A stretch of 64,000 bases of DNA from Dehalococcoidia bacterium (GCA_034422795.1 DAOUJK010000022.1:134556-198555); one strand, 5' to 3'; counted from the stretch's first letter, positions 1 through 9,046 are shown. The notes: generated by a model from the letters alone, not told the origin. Numbers and translations: made by a program.

Positions 1-803
1 ACGGAGGCTCTGAGCCGGCCGTGCTCGCGTTCGCTGAGGACGCACGCACGCAGTTGGAGCGCATCGAGACCGCGGACGTACGCCGACAGGAGTTGGAGCG
101 CGCCCTGGCTGAGGCGTCGCGGAGCGCGGGCGCTCTCGCGGGCAAGCTGTCGGACGCGCGTCGGCAGGCAGCGACGGCATTGAAGGAGGCGGTCGGAGTG
201 GAGTTGCGGGAGGTGGGGCTGGAGCGCGCGTCATTCGACGTCACGGTCGAACGGGAGGAGGCGGACGACGGCCTCCCCGCGCCGGATGGCCGCCATTACG
301 TCTTCTGGGGGAGCGGGATCGACCGTGTCACCTTTTCGGCGCGGACGAACCCCGGAGAGGAGTCCCGCCCGCTGGCGCGAGTGGCATCCGGCGGCGAGAC
401 GTCACGGATGATGCTTGCGCTCAACAGCGTGCTGCAGACGGCGTCCGGCGCGCCGTCGCTGGTCTTCGACGAGATAGACGCGGGCGTCGGCGCCCGTGCA
501 GGCGACGTGGTGGGAAGGAAGCTGTGGACGGTGGGAAGGCGGGCACAGGTGCTGTGCGTCACGCATCTGCCGCAGATCGCTGCGTGGGCGGACACGCACT
601 TCCGCGTGGGGAAGTCGGTGCAGGACGGGCGGACGTACTCGGGCGCGGAGCCGTTGAGCAGCGAGGGGCGCGCCGAGGAGATCGCGGGGATGCTGGGCAG
701 TGGAGCGAGCGTCGCACAGGCAGCGCGGGAGATGCTGGAGCACGCCGCCCGGAGGAAGGCGGAGAACCTCCGTCATTCCCGCGAAAGCGGGAATCCAGCG
801 TGA
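1..803 (+). CDS. recN: DNA repair protein RecN, C-terminal part (5' end outside window)
   Basis: The frame is open to the window edge. SMC/RecN C-terminal motifs are present: 'ASGGETSRMMLALNSVL' (signature), 'SLVFDEIDAGVG' (Walker B/D-loop) and 'VLCVTHLPQIAAWAD' (H-loop). The last ~10 codons (RHSRESGNPA*) lie inside a hairpin repeat. Confidence 0.85.
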   Translation, partial: GGSEPAVLAFAEDARTQLERIETADVRRQELERALAEASRSAGALAGKLSDARRQAATALKEAVGVELREVGLERASFDVTVEREEADDGLPAPDGRHYVFWGSGIDRVTFSARTNPGEESRPLARVASGGETSRMMLALNSVLQTASGAPSLVFDEIDAGVGARAGDVVGRKLWTVGRRAQVLCVTHLPQIAAWADTHFRVGKSVQDGRTYSGAEPLSSEGRAEEIAGMLGSGASVAQAAREMLEHAARRKAENLRHSRESGNPA

Positions 804-928
804 CTGTCGGGGCGCTCCGGAAGGCGCGCTATGTCATGTTTGAGCGGAGCGGTACGCGGAGTCGAAGCATCTCTCGGGCAGAACGCTGGCGCGTTGCAGC
901 CCCGCTCATCCTGAGCCTGTCGAAGGAC
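772..928. repeat. Composite of three interspersed-repeat families (B, D, A)
   Basis: Three elements are present. Hairpin 'gtcattcccgcgaaagcgggaatccag' is at 772-798, with a further copy at 13436-13462 and variants at 63096 and 63243. 'gtcatgtttgagcggagcggtacgcggagtcgaagcatctctcggg' is at 833-878, with relatives at 63373 and 63466. 'ccgctcatcctgagcctgtcgaaggac' is at 902-928, with copies at 13068, 13088, 19077(-) and 57567. Confidence 0.8.
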
Positions 929-936
929 CGCCTCGC

Positions 937-1890
937 TCAGCAGCCGCACCCGCGGTGGATGATGAGGGGTGGGGAACTTGCCCCGGCCCCCGCAGCCTCG
1001 GCCTGGGCATCGCCCTCGACGGCCGCGTTCATGGCGGCGATGGCGACCTCGATCTGGCCGTCGTCGGGGGGGCGGGTCGTCATCGACTGCAGGGCAAGGC
1101 TGGGGAGAGTGCTCGCACGCACGAGCGCGTTGCTGGCGTGCGCGGCGTTCATCCGTATCACCTCGTAGGAGACGCCCGCTATCACGGGGATGAGGATGAT
1201 GCGGGAGGCGATGCGGATGGGCAGGTCCGGCGTGCCGAGGAACGCGAACACGATGATGGAGACGATCATGACGGTGAGCAGGAAGGCGGTGCCGCAGCGC
1301 GGGTGCGCCGCCGGGAAGAGCCGCACGTTCTCGTTCTCCAGCGGGAGTCTCGCCTCCTGGGTGTGGACGGCCATGTGCTCTGCGGCGTGGTAGCCGAACA
1401 CGCGCCGGATGCTCGGCATGAGTCCGATGAACGTCAGGTAGAGGAAGAAGACGGCGAGGCGCAGGATGCCCTCCGCCGTGTTGCTCAGGATTGAGTTGTC
1501 GGTGAACCGGTCCACGAACCCATGCGTGATGAGCAGTGGGAGGATGAAGAAGAGGCCGATGCCGAGCACGACGGAGGTCGCCAGGGTGATGGCCATCGCA
1601 ACAGCGGGGATGGGCTGTTCGTCCTCCTCGGTCTCGCCGGAGGAGACCTGTGCCGACCAGGTCAGCGCACGCATGCCGACGATGAGCGATTCGGAGAGAA
1701 CGAGCGTGCCCCGGACGAACGGGATGCGCCGCAGGCGGTTCACGCTCCAGGTCGGCACTGGACGGGTGATGGTCTTGATGACACCGGTTGGGTGTCGCGC
1801 GGCCACGGAGTAGACGTGCCGTCCGCGGATCATCACGCCCTCGATGACCGCCTGGCCTCCGTAGACCGAATACTGTTGCGCCTGCGCCAT
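937..1890 (-). CDS. DUF1385 (YqhQ-like) membrane protein
   Basis: 317-aa ORF. 'YGGQAVIEGVMIRG' and 'YHAAEHMAVH' plus several hydrophobic helices match my recollection of the DUF1385 family. It is adjacent to rpmE, as in many Terrabacteria. Confidence 0.75.
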   Translation of the reverse strand: MAQAQQYSVYGGQAVIEGVMIRGRHVYSVAARHPTGVIKTITRPVPTWSVNRLRRIPFVRGTLVLSESLIVGMRALTWSAQVSSGETEEDEQPIPAVAMAITLATSVVLGIGLFFILPLLITHGFVDRFTDNSILSNTAEGILRLAVFFLYLTFIGLMPSIRRVFGYHAAEHMAVHTQEARLPLENENVRLFPAAHPRCGTAFLLTVMIVSIIVFAFLGTPDLPIRIASRIILIPVIAGVSYEVIRMNAAHASNALVRASTLPSLALQSMTTRPPDDGQIEVAIAAMNAAVEGDAQAEAAGAGASSPPLIIHRGCGC

Positions 1891-1945
1891 GCCCTCACCC
1901 CACCTTCACCCTGACCCTCACCCTGGCAAGGAGAGGGGGTAGTAC
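1891..1945. repeat. Interspersed repeat family C (GEGWGEG-type)
   Basis: 'gccctcaccccaccttcaccctgaccctcaccctggcaaggagaggggg' carries the same ccctcaccc / ctctcc-ggagag modules as copies at 8820-8885, 8978-9030, 10665-10730, 18956-19015, 47830-47892 and 63395-63445. Confidence 0.7.
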
Positions 1946-1971
1946 CGAGGAGAGGAGAACGCGCATGGGTC

Positions 1972-2175
1972 CTACTGGAGGTTGAAGCGCCTCTTGAGGC
2001 GCTCCACGCGGCCTTCGGTGTCGACGATGCGCTGCTCACCCGTGAAGAACGGATGGCAGGTACTGCATATCTCAACCTTGATCTGGGGCTTCGTCGCGCC
2101 GATGGTGAAGGTGTCCCCGCAGGAGCACGTCACGACGGCTTCGGGATAGTAGTCAGGGTGGATCTCTGCCTTCAT
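1972..2175 (-). CDS. rpmE: 50S ribosomal protein bL31
   Basis: 67-aa ORF '[10 protein letters not shown]...CSCG...[28 protein letters not shown]', a canonical zinc-ribbon type bL31. Confidence 0.95.
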   Translation of the reverse strand: MKAEIHPDYYPEAVVTCSCGDTFTIGATKPQIKVEICSTCHPFFTGEQRIVDTEGRVERLKRRFNLQ

Positions 2176-2193
2176 CGCTCGCGTCTGCTCCCG

Positions 2194-2448
2194 TTACGCC
2201 GGCGACACGTTGGCGCGCTTGCGCAGCTTGTTGGCATGGTCGAAGGCGACGTGGCCGTCCACCAGTGCGTAGAGGGTGAAGTCGCGTCCCATGCCGACGT
2301 TCACGCCGGGGTGGATCTTCGTGCCACGCTGGCGCGCGATGATGGCGCCCGCACGGACGCTCTCGCCCGCGAACCGCTTGACACCGAGGCGCTGCCCGTG
2401 GCTGTCCCTTCCATTCCGGCTGCTGCCGCCCGCTTTCTTGTGCGCCAC
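2194..2448 (-). CDS. rpmA: 50S ribosomal protein bL27
   Basis: '[26 protein letters not shown]' is the canonical bL27 N-terminus. No cleavable N-terminal extension is present. Confidence 0.95.
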   Translation of the reverse strand: MAHKKAGGSSRNGRDSHGQRLGVKRFAGESVRAGAIIARQRGTKIHPGVNVGMGRDFTLYALVDGHVAFDHANKLRKRANVSPA

Positions 2449-2459
2449 GAGTGAGCCTC

Positions 2460-2777
2460 CTATCCGGCGACGATCTGCTTGATGGAGAGTTGGGTAACCT
2501 GCTGCCGGTGGCCGTTCTTCACGTGGTAGCGGACCTTGGGCTTGTACTTGAATACGATGACCTTGTCAGCCTTGCCCTGTCGGGCGACTTCAGCAACCAC
2601 TTTCGCGCCGTCCACGCGCGGCTGGCCGACGCTCAGCTTCTCACCCTTCGAGACGAGGAGCACGTTGTCCAACTCGACGGAGTCGCCCTCTTCGCCGGGC
2701 ACCTTCTCCACAGTGATGGAGTCGCCCTCCCGCACGCGGTACTGCTTCCCACCTGTTTGTACGATCGCATAGTCCAT
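2460..2777 (-). CDS. rplU: 50S ribosomal protein bL21
   Basis: '[19 protein letters not shown]' is canonical bL21. ATG at 2777 is preferred over the TTG at 2786 reported in the ORF track. Confidence 0.93.
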   Translation of the reverse strand: MDYAIVQTGGKQYRVREGDSITVEKVPGEEGDSVELDNVLLVSKGEKLSVGQPRVDGAKVVAEVARQGKADKVIVFKYKPKVRYHVKNGHRQQVTQLSIKQIVAG

Positions 2778-2789
2778 GGCAACCAATAG

Positions 2790-2818
2790 ATTCTAAGCGA
2801 TGGTTTGCCCCTCGGCAA
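2790..2818 (-). promoter_or_regulatory. Putative sigma70-type promoter of rplU-rpmA (TTGCCG-17-TAGAAT)
   Basis: On the minus strand, 'ttgccg' (2818-2813), a 17-nt spacer and 'tagaat' (2795-2790). The -10 box ends only 12 nt before the ATG, which implies a very short or absent leader. Confidence 0.4.
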
Positions 2819-2981
2819 GTAGAGCGTGATGTCCTTCTGTCCGAGCGCGGCTCTCTCGCAGTGGGGCCGGTGTCACCGGGCCATCGAGCGGTGTGGGGAC
2901 CCATATGCCGCCCTGAGGGAATCCCTCCGTCTTGCGCTGCGCTCGAAGAGACCCCGCCACAACCTGGCGAGGCGCCTTCGT

Positions 2982-3743
2982 CTAGGCGTTGCTGTACTTC
3001 TCCAGCGCCTCGTCGGTGAAGTTGGCGTTGGTGAACACCTGTTGGATGTCGTCCAGTTCCTCGATGTTGTCCAGAAGACGCAGGGTCTGGCCTGCATGCG
3101 CACTGTCGAGATCAATCGTCGCGGTGGGGAGCATCGTGACCGTTGCCTGCGCGGGGTCAACGCCGGCCTCCTTGACCACTGCGGCGATCGGCTCCAGTCC
3201 GTTCGGTGCGCCTGTGATCTCCAGGACGCCGTCCTCCACCTTGAAGTCCTCCGCACCCGCGTCTATCGCGGCGAGCGCGATCTCCTCCGCCTGCTCCTCC
3301 GACACCTCCTCGACGGTGACGACGGCCTTGCTCTCGAACATCCAGGCGACAGAGCCGGCCTCGCCGAGGTTCCCGCCGCTCCGCGAGAACACGGCGCGCA
3401 CGTTGGAGGCTGTGCGATTGCGGTTGTCCGTAAGCGCCTTCACCATGATGGCCGCCCCACCGGGAGCGTAGCCCTCATAGACGATCTCCTCGAATGAGAC
3501 GCCGTCGCCGCCGATGCCGAGTCCCTTCTTCACGGCGCGGTCCACGTTATCCGCGGGCATGTTGGCGGCACGAGCCTTGTCCATCATCAGGCGCAGGCGG
3601 AAGTTCATGTTGGGATCGCCGCTGCCGCCTTCACGCGCCGCGACGGCGATGTCTCGCGCGAGCTTGGTGAAGAGCGCGCCTTTCTTGGCATCCAGTGCAG
3701 CCTTCTTGTGCTTGATGGTTGACCACTTCGAGTGACCGGACAT
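2982..3743 (-). CDS. yebC: YebC/PmpR family DNA-binding transcriptional regulator
   Basis: 'MSGHSKWSTIKHKKAALDAKKGALFTKLARDI' is the canonical N-terminus. ATG at 3743 is preceded by GAGGAG. The 18 upstream codons of the track ORF were ignored. Confidence 0.9.
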   Translation of the reverse strand: MSGHSKWSTIKHKKAALDAKKGALFTKLARDIAVAAREGGSGDPNMNFRLRLMMDKARAANMPADNVDRAVKKGLGIGGDGVSFEEIVYEGYAPGGAAIMVKALTDNRNRTASNVRAVFSRSGGNLGEAGSVAWMFESKAVVTVEEVSEEQAEEIALAAIDAGAEDFKVEDGVLEITGAPNGLEPIAAVVKEAGVDPAQATVTMLPTATIDLDSAHAGQTLRLLDNIEELDDIQQVFTNANFTDEALEKYSNA

Positions 3744-3804
3744 ACCGAGGCTCCTCTGACCGGGATTGGACGCAAGCAGGATAGGACAAAACCGCACCGG
3801 CGTT

Positions 3805-4413
3805 CTACCCGCCTACGGCCGGCCTCGGCCTGCGCGGCGGGCGCCGGCGCGGTTTCGGACCCGTCCGGGGCGGTCGCAGCACGCGCCACGTCAGCCCGTC
3901 CGGCACCGCTACGATCATGCGATTGGTCTCCACTTCCACGCTCACGATCACGTCCCCTACGGCGGGGAGCAGCAGTTCCGCACCTTCCGCGGTGACGACG
4001 TACACATCGTTCGCGCCGGTCGCGATGATCTCGGTGAGCGCGCCCAAGCGCCCTCCAACCTCGTCCAGCACGTCCATACCAACGAGCTGGTAGTGGTAGT
4101 AAGCGCCGGCTGGGGCTTCAGGAGCCTCGTCCGTCAGGACGCAGAGCGTTTCGCCGTGCAGGTCAGCCGCGCCCTGGCGCGTGGCAACCTCCGCGAACCG
4201 CACGATCAGCAGACCACCCGGCGCCCGCTGGACATGGTCGACGTGCAGTTCACGGTCGCCGACGATGAGCCGTGCCCCCCGGCGGAAGCGTTGGGGGTTG
4301 TCAGTCTCCAACTGAACGCGCACCCGGCCGTCGCTTCCGTGCGCGCCGAGCACGAAGCCGACGGTGATGAGATGGTCAGGCTGCTGTGGCGTATTGCCGG
4401 AGGCTGGGGGCAC
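3805..4413 (-). CDS. rimM: Ribosome maturation factor RimM
   Basis: 'ITVGFVLGAHGSDGRVRV' N-domain plus a PRC-barrel-like 'YYHYQLVGMDV'. It follows rpsP and the KH gene as usual. The C-terminus has a basic Pro/Arg tail. Confidence 0.85.
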   Translation of the reverse strand: MPPASGNTPQQPDHLITVGFVLGAHGSDGRVRVQLETDNPQRFRRGARLIVGDRELHVDHVQRAPGGLLIVRFAEVATRQGAADLHGETLCVLTDEAPEAPAGAYYHYQLVGMDVLDEVGGRLGALTEIIATGANDVYVVTAEGAELLLPAVGDVIVSVEVETNRMIVAVPDGLTWRVLRPPRTGPKPRRRPPRRPRPAVGG

Positions 4414-4422
4414 GAGGCGGGA

Positions 4423-4650
4423 TCAGACGATCTCGAGGCTGGTGCGGATGCCTTCCTTGATGGCGGCTACGCGTAGCAGCACACGCATCGCCTGCGCCAC
4501 GCGACCCTGCCGCCCGATCACCTTCCCCTTGTCATCCGGATGGACTTCCAGCTTGATGATGATCTGGCCGTCCTCTTCTTCCTCGGTGACTTTGACGTCG
4601 TCGGGATGAGTGGCGATGGCCCTGGCGATGTATTCCACCAGTTCCTTCAT
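4423..4650 (-). CDS. KH domain RNA-binding protein (YlqC-like)
   Basis: 75 aa with the 'DKGKVIGRQGR' GxxG loop. It occupies the conserved position between rpsP and rimM. Confidence 0.85.
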   Translation of the reverse strand: MKELVEYIARAIATHPDDVKVTEEEEDGQIIIKLEVHPDDKGKVIGRQGRVAQAMRVLLRVAAIKEGIRTSLEIV

Positions 4651-4653
4651 GGA

Positions 4654-4905
4654 TTACCCCGCTTTCTCGACGACTCCTTGCGTCTGGAGGATGCGCTGAA
4701 CGGTATCCGTGGGCTTCGCGCCAACGCCGAGCCAGTGCCGGGTCTTCTCCTCGTTGACCACAACCGTGGGCGGGTCGGTCAGCGGGTTGTAATGTCCAAC
4801 CTGGTCGACGAACCTGCCGTCGCGCGGCGCCCGTACGTCAGCCACGACGATGCGGTAGCTCGGCTGCTTCTTCTTGCCTACTCGGCGCAGACGGATTCGG
4901 AGCAT
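4654..4905 (-). CDS. rpsP: 30S ribosomal protein bS16
   Basis: 'MLRIRLRRVGKKKQPSYRIVVAD' is canonical. ATG at 4905 has GGAGG about 10 nt upstream. Confidence 0.93.
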   Translation of the reverse strand: MLRIRLRRVGKKKQPSYRIVVADVRAPRDGRFVDQVGHYNPLTDPPTVVVNEEKTRHWLGVGAKPTDTVQRILQTQGVVEKAG

Positions 4906-4990
4906 GAGAAGTGTCGCCTCCACGGTCGGACAGTATAAGCGTTGGCATTCTATCACTCAGGCAAAGGCTTACGGAAGGGGGTGCGCAGAA

Positions 4991-5715
4991 TCAACGCCCC
5001 GCACTCAGCCGGGAGATGAGAGGCTCGGGCAACCCGGCCCGTTCCATCGCCCGCTGCGTGGCGGCTATGTCGTATGCAGCCCGGCGCAACGAGAGCGTGT
5101 CCGCACCGCTGTCGTAGACCGCGTAGGCGGCCCGTGGATCATGGTCGCGGGGCTGCCCGACGCTTCCCGGGTTCACGACGAGGCGTCCGCTGTCGCGCGT
5201 CACGGTCAGCCCGGCCGGCCCCGGCAGCCGTGCGCCGAAACCGTCCTCGAACGCGAACTGGTGGTGCGTATGGCCGACGAGTACGTCGCGGGTGCCGACG
5301 CGTTCGAGCGCTTGGACGGCGTCGGCGTAGCCGGTGAGGTACTCCCAGAGCGGGTCTCTCGGCGTGCCGTGAACGAGCGTGAAACCGGCGACGGCCACGG
5401 TGTCGGGAGACCCCTCAGGAAGGAGCGTGCGTCCTCGTCCAGTTGCGCCCCGTTCCACCTGCACGCCTCGCCCGCGGCGTGGTTGAAGGTGTCGAGACTG
5501 ATGCGTCCGACCGCCCCCGCGTCGTGGTTGCCCTGGATGCAGACCGCGTCGAGCGAGCGCAGTCGTTGCACCGTTTCGAGGGGCCACGGCCCGTAGCCGA
5601 CGATGTCGCCAAGGCACCACACGCTGTCCAGCGGCCCGTCCCTCTCGGCTGACGTGATCACGGCATCGAGCGCCGCGAGGTTGCTGTGCACGTCGCTGAC
5701 GATGAGCGTTCGCAT
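4991..5715 (-). pseudogene. Metallophosphoesterase (calcineurin-like) gene split by a frameshift
   Basis: The N-terminal ~104 codons lie in the frame of ORF 5206-5715 ('MRTLIVSDVHSN', 'GDIVGYGP', 'QGNHD'). The C-terminal half continues in the frame of ORF 4991-5830 ('FTLVHGTPRDP', 'VGHTHHQF', 'VNPGSVGQPRD'). The frame switch is near 5400-5410. Confidence 0.75.
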
Positions 5716-5781
5716 GAGCGCATGCTACTACTGCACGAGTGCCATAATGCACACCGCTGGCAGAGCCGGAAGGAGCGTGGA

Positions 5782-7191
5782 ATGACGACACGAGATGCAG
5801 GCGTGGAAGAGTTGACCTCGGTATGGGCAAGGTTCGGCTCGGAGCTCACCTACGAGGACCTGCCCGACAGCGTCCGCCGCACGGTCCGCTCGATCACGCT
5901 GGACACGCTCGCCACCTCCATCGCCGCCAACACCCTCGGCATCGGCATCCCGCAGCTGCTTGCGTGGGCACGGAAGGCCGGTGGCGCGGAGGAAGCGTCG
6001 CTCATCGGCCAGCCGGACAAGCTGCCCGCCGCCGCCGCCGCGATGCTGAACGGCGGCATGGCGCACGCGCTGAACTTCGATGACACCACCGCCGTAGGCT
6101 CCGGCCACCTCGGCCCGGTGACGCTGCCGACCGCGATGGCCGCGGCCGAACTGCTGGGCGGCGCCTCCGGTCGGGAGTTCATGACCGCGCTCGCAGCCGG
6201 GATGGAGCTGATGTCGCGCATCGGCATCGCCATCACGGCCAAAGCGGGCGCGTTCACTGAGTCCCGGCCCCAGCCGACGCAGATGCCGGGCTGCCTCGCT
6301 TCCGCGATGAGCGCGTCGCGCATGCTCGGCTTCTCGCCGCTGGAGACGCACAGCGCGCTCGGGCTCGCATTCATGCAGGCGTCCGGCGGGCGGCAGCCGG
6401 TGCTGGAAGGGCGTCCGGCGAAGGCCATCTACGCCGCGTTCTCCTGCCAGGCCGGGATGCAGAGCGCGCTGCTGGCGCGCGAGGGTCTGCTGGGCGACTG
6501 CGATGCGTTCGAGGGCGACGCGGGCTTCTTCCCCACCTACTACGGCGGCGTATTCGACCGCCCCGCGATGAGCGACGGCCTCGGCGAGGAGTGGCGTCTG
6601 CTGAACGTGGGGATCAAGCCGTGGCCCACCACCGGCGTTGCGCACGTGTTCATCGAGGCAGCCGCGGACCTGCGGGCGACGCGTGTGCCCGACCCGTCGG
6701 CGGTGACGCACGTGCTGCTGCGCGGCGAACCGCACATCCGCACGTTCTGCGAGCCGCTGCAGACGCGTCGCAACCCGCAGGCGCCGGTCGAGGCGGAGGA
6801 CTCGATCATCTTCGCGACGGCCCGCGCGCTCACCACCGGCAGCGTGACGCTGGCCGACCTCCAACCCACGCCGCAGGGACTGTTCGAGGAGGCCGCCTTG
6901 CGCATCGCCAACGTCACCGATTACGAGGTGGACGAATCGCTCGGCAAGTCAGGAGTTGTGGAGGTGACGCTGGCCAGCGGCGAAACGCTCTCTGAGAGGG
7001 TCGACGCTCCGAGAGGCCACCGCGACAACCCGCTCACGGACGAGCAGCGGCACCGGAAGTTCCGCGAGTGCGCGGTCCACGCCGGGACCCCGCTCAGCGA
7101 GGCTACGATAAGCGAGGTCATCGACATGACGGAGCGCCTGGACGACGCGGCGGACGTGACAGACCTTCTCCGCCTGCTGCGGGGCGGGTGA
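5782..7191 (+). CDS. MmgE/PrpD family protein (2-methylcitrate dehydratase-like)
   Basis: 'YEDLPDSVRRTVRSITLDTLATSIAA' and 'AMLNGGMAHALNFDDT' are typical of the family. ATG at 5782 follows GGAAGGAG. Confidence 0.8.
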   Translation: MTTRDAGVEELTSVWARFGSELTYEDLPDSVRRTVRSITLDTLATSIAANTLGIGIPQLLAWARKAGGAEEASLIGQPDKLPAAAAAMLNGGMAHALNFDDTTAVGSGHLGPVTLPTAMAAAELLGGASGREFMTALAAGMELMSRIGIAITAKAGAFTESRPQPTQMPGCLASAMSASRMLGFSPLETHSALGLAFMQASGGRQPVLEGRPAKAIYAAFSCQAGMQSALLAREGLLGDCDAFEGDAGFFPTYYGGVFDRPAMSDGLGEEWRLLNVGIKPWPTTGVAHVFIEAAADLRATRVPDPSAVTHVLLRGEPHIRTFCEPLQTRRNPQAPVEAEDSIIFATARALTTGSVTLADLQPTPQGLFEEAALRIANVTDYEVDESLGKSGVVEVTLASGETLSERVDAPRGHRDNPLTDEQRHRKFRECAVHAGTPLSEATISEVIDMTERLDDAADVTDLLRLLRGG

Positions 7192-7263
7192 GCCCGCGTT
7201 GACAGGTCTACCTGTGCGGGCGTAGAACCATTCAAACGCAACAACCATGCGAGGAAGCCAGCC

Positions 7264-8535
7264 ATGCTTTCGACCCAGGACAACGAACGACTCACCCGGA
7301 TCGGCCCCGGCACGCCGATGGGCGAGGTGATGCGCCGCTACTGGCAGCCCGTCCTCATCTCCCACGAACTGCCTCACCCCGACTGTGACCCGCTGCGCGT
7401 GCGCATCCTCGGCGAAGACCTCGTCGCGTTCCGCGACACGTCCGGCCGCGTGGGCCTGATGAGCGAGTGGTGCCCCCACCGCCTCACGTCCCTGTGGCTG
7501 GGCCGCAACGAGGAGAACGGCATCCGCTGCGTCTACCACGGTTGGAAGTTCGACGTGCACGGCGCATGCGTGGACATGCCGAACGAGCCCGCGGAGTACG
7601 ACTTCAGCCGCAAGGTGCGCGTCACCGCCTACCCCACGGTGGAGTTGGGCGGCGTGATCTGGACGTACATGGGGCCGAAGGAGCAGACCCCGCCGGAGCC
7701 GTCGTTCGAGTTCACGAGGCAGCCGCAGACGCATCGTCACGCGTCCAAGGTGATCGAGGAGTGCAACTGGCTGCAGGCGCTGGAAGGCGGCATCGACTCC
7801 GTGCACTCGTCCTTCCTCCACCGGAAGTTCGGCACCGGCGGCGCGACGGGACTCGACGGACTGCGAGCGAAGGCGACCGCCTCCAGGCTGGAGGTCGAGA
7901 CGACGGACTACGGCTACCGGTACGGGTCGATCCGTCCCATCCCCGGCGAGGACGCGAACTACGTCCGCACCTACCACTTCGTCATGCCCCACATCCAGAT
8001 CCGGGCGGCGCAGCTGAACAACGACGGCTCCTGGTTCAAGTTCAAGATCGCCGGCCACCACTGGGTCCCCATGGACGACGAGACCACGATGGTCTGGAAC
8101 TGGTTCTACACGCTGGACGAGCCGCTCACCCAGGACGAGCGCGACGAACTCGCCAACGGCAACGGCCCGGACTACGTCGACCAGGCAACGTGGCGCAGCA
8201 TCCGCAATCCGCGCAACAACTGGATGATTGACCGGGAACTGCAGCGCACGGACACGTTCACCGGCATCGCAGGCATCAACTCGCAGGACCGGGCCGTGCA
8301 GGAGGCGATGAAGCCCATCGTGGACCGCAGCCAGGAGCACCTCGGCCAGACCGACCGCGCCGTCATCACCGCGCGGAAGATGCTGATGCAGGCGACCCGC
8401 GCCGTCGAAGACGGTGGGATGCCTCTCGGCGCGAACGACTCCTACTACTACATCCGCGCCATCGAGGAGGTGCTGCCGGGTGACGTCCGGTGGCAGGACG
8501 CGCTCATGCAGAAGATGTACGTGGGCGCAGCCTGA
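7264..8535 (+). CDS. Rieske [2Fe-2S] aromatic-ring-hydroxylating oxygenase, alpha subunit (phthalate/KshA-like, no beta subunit adjacent)
   Basis: Rieske motif 'CPHR...17 aa...CVYHGW' and a mononuclear-iron motif 'DSVHSSFLH'. Length 423 aa. Confidence 0.85.
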   Translation: MLSTQDNERLTRIGPGTPMGEVMRRYWQPVLISHELPHPDCDPLRVRILGEDLVAFRDTSGRVGLMSEWCPHRLTSLWLGRNEENGIRCVYHGWKFDVHGACVDMPNEPAEYDFSRKVRVTAYPTVELGGVIWTYMGPKEQTPPEPSFEFTRQPQTHRHASKVIEECNWLQALEGGIDSVHSSFLHRKFGTGGATGLDGLRAKATASRLEVETTDYGYRYGSIRPIPGEDANYVRTYHFVMPHIQIRAAQLNNDGSWFKFKIAGHHWVPMDDETTMVWNWFYTLDEPLTQDERDELANGNGPDYVDQATWRSIRNPRNNWMIDRELQRTDTFTGIAGINSQDRAVQEAMKPIVDRSQEHLGQTDRAVITARKMLMQATRAVEDGGMPLGANDSYYYIRAIEEVLPGDVRWQDALMQKMYVGAA

Positions 8536-8566
8536 GGGCCGGGGCGCCGCAAGCATCAGACCGTCG

Positions 8567-8596
8567 TACGGCTCGCAGAACGTTCTGCGAGCCGTA
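8567..8596. terminator. Perfect 30-nt palindrome downstream of the Rieske gene
   Basis: 'tacggctcgcagaac|gttctgcgagccgta' lies 32 nt after the stop codon. No U-tract follows, so it could be a Rho-independent-like stop, an RNA stabiliser or a protein-binding site. Confidence 0.4.
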
Positions 8597-8819
8597 ACAC
8601 TCTCTTAACGTTCGTGTAACCGGGACGCAACACCCTGCCGGTAGCATGGGTGTTGAAGCGAACACCGGCACGGACATGGGTGGCTCCGCCCTCGATACGC
8701 GAAGGAGCGACGGATAAGAGGTGTGCCGGAAACGCTGGCAAGAGGAATGAAGGGCGGGGAGACCCGCCTTCTTCCTTTTTTTGCGGCTCTTGCACACCTT
8801 GGCGGTGTGCGGCGTGGTG

Positions 8820-9030
8820 TGGGTGTCTGGCCCCCTCTCCTGAGGGAGAGGGCTGGGGTGAGGGCCCTCCGGGGTGGGGCCTGGGCTATCCCCCACCTCG
8901 CCCTCTGGGAGAGAGCCTGCCCTGAGCCTGCCGAACGGGTCGCCACGTAGTGGCGGGTGAGGGCTCTCGGGGCGTCTGAGCCCCTCGCCCTACAGGGGGA
9001 GAGGGACAGGGAGAGGGTACTCCCGGGCGG
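8820..9030. repeat. Two copies of repeat family C
   Basis: 'ccctctcctgagggagagggctggggtgagggccc' (~8831-8868) and 'gcccctcgccctacagggggagagggacagggagaggg' (~8978-9020). The ORFs predicted here (GEGWGEG...) are artefacts of the repeat. Confidence 0.75.
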
Positions 9031-9046
9031 TGCCTGGGGGTCTCCC

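Noticed and set aside
6949-8556. 535-aa minus-strand ORF antisense to the PrpD-like/Rieske genes. Similar long ORFs occur at 28404-30677(+), 44102-46234(-), 52489-54207(-), 57647-60094(-), 60438-61766(-) and 8886-10349(-).
   Set aside because: They are Arg/Ala/Gly/Pro-rich with no recognisable motifs. Each lies opposite to, or out of frame with, a gene that has clear family signatures. These are typical stop-poor shadow frames of a high-GC genome.
8650-8950. Small ORFs encoding 'GEGWGEGPPGWG', 'LSLRRGGQTP' and similar peptides. Equivalent ORFs occur at 10556-10798, 18672-19184 and 63209-63706.
   Set aside because: They are translations of the interspersed repeats on both strands. They overlap each other and have no start context or coding signature.
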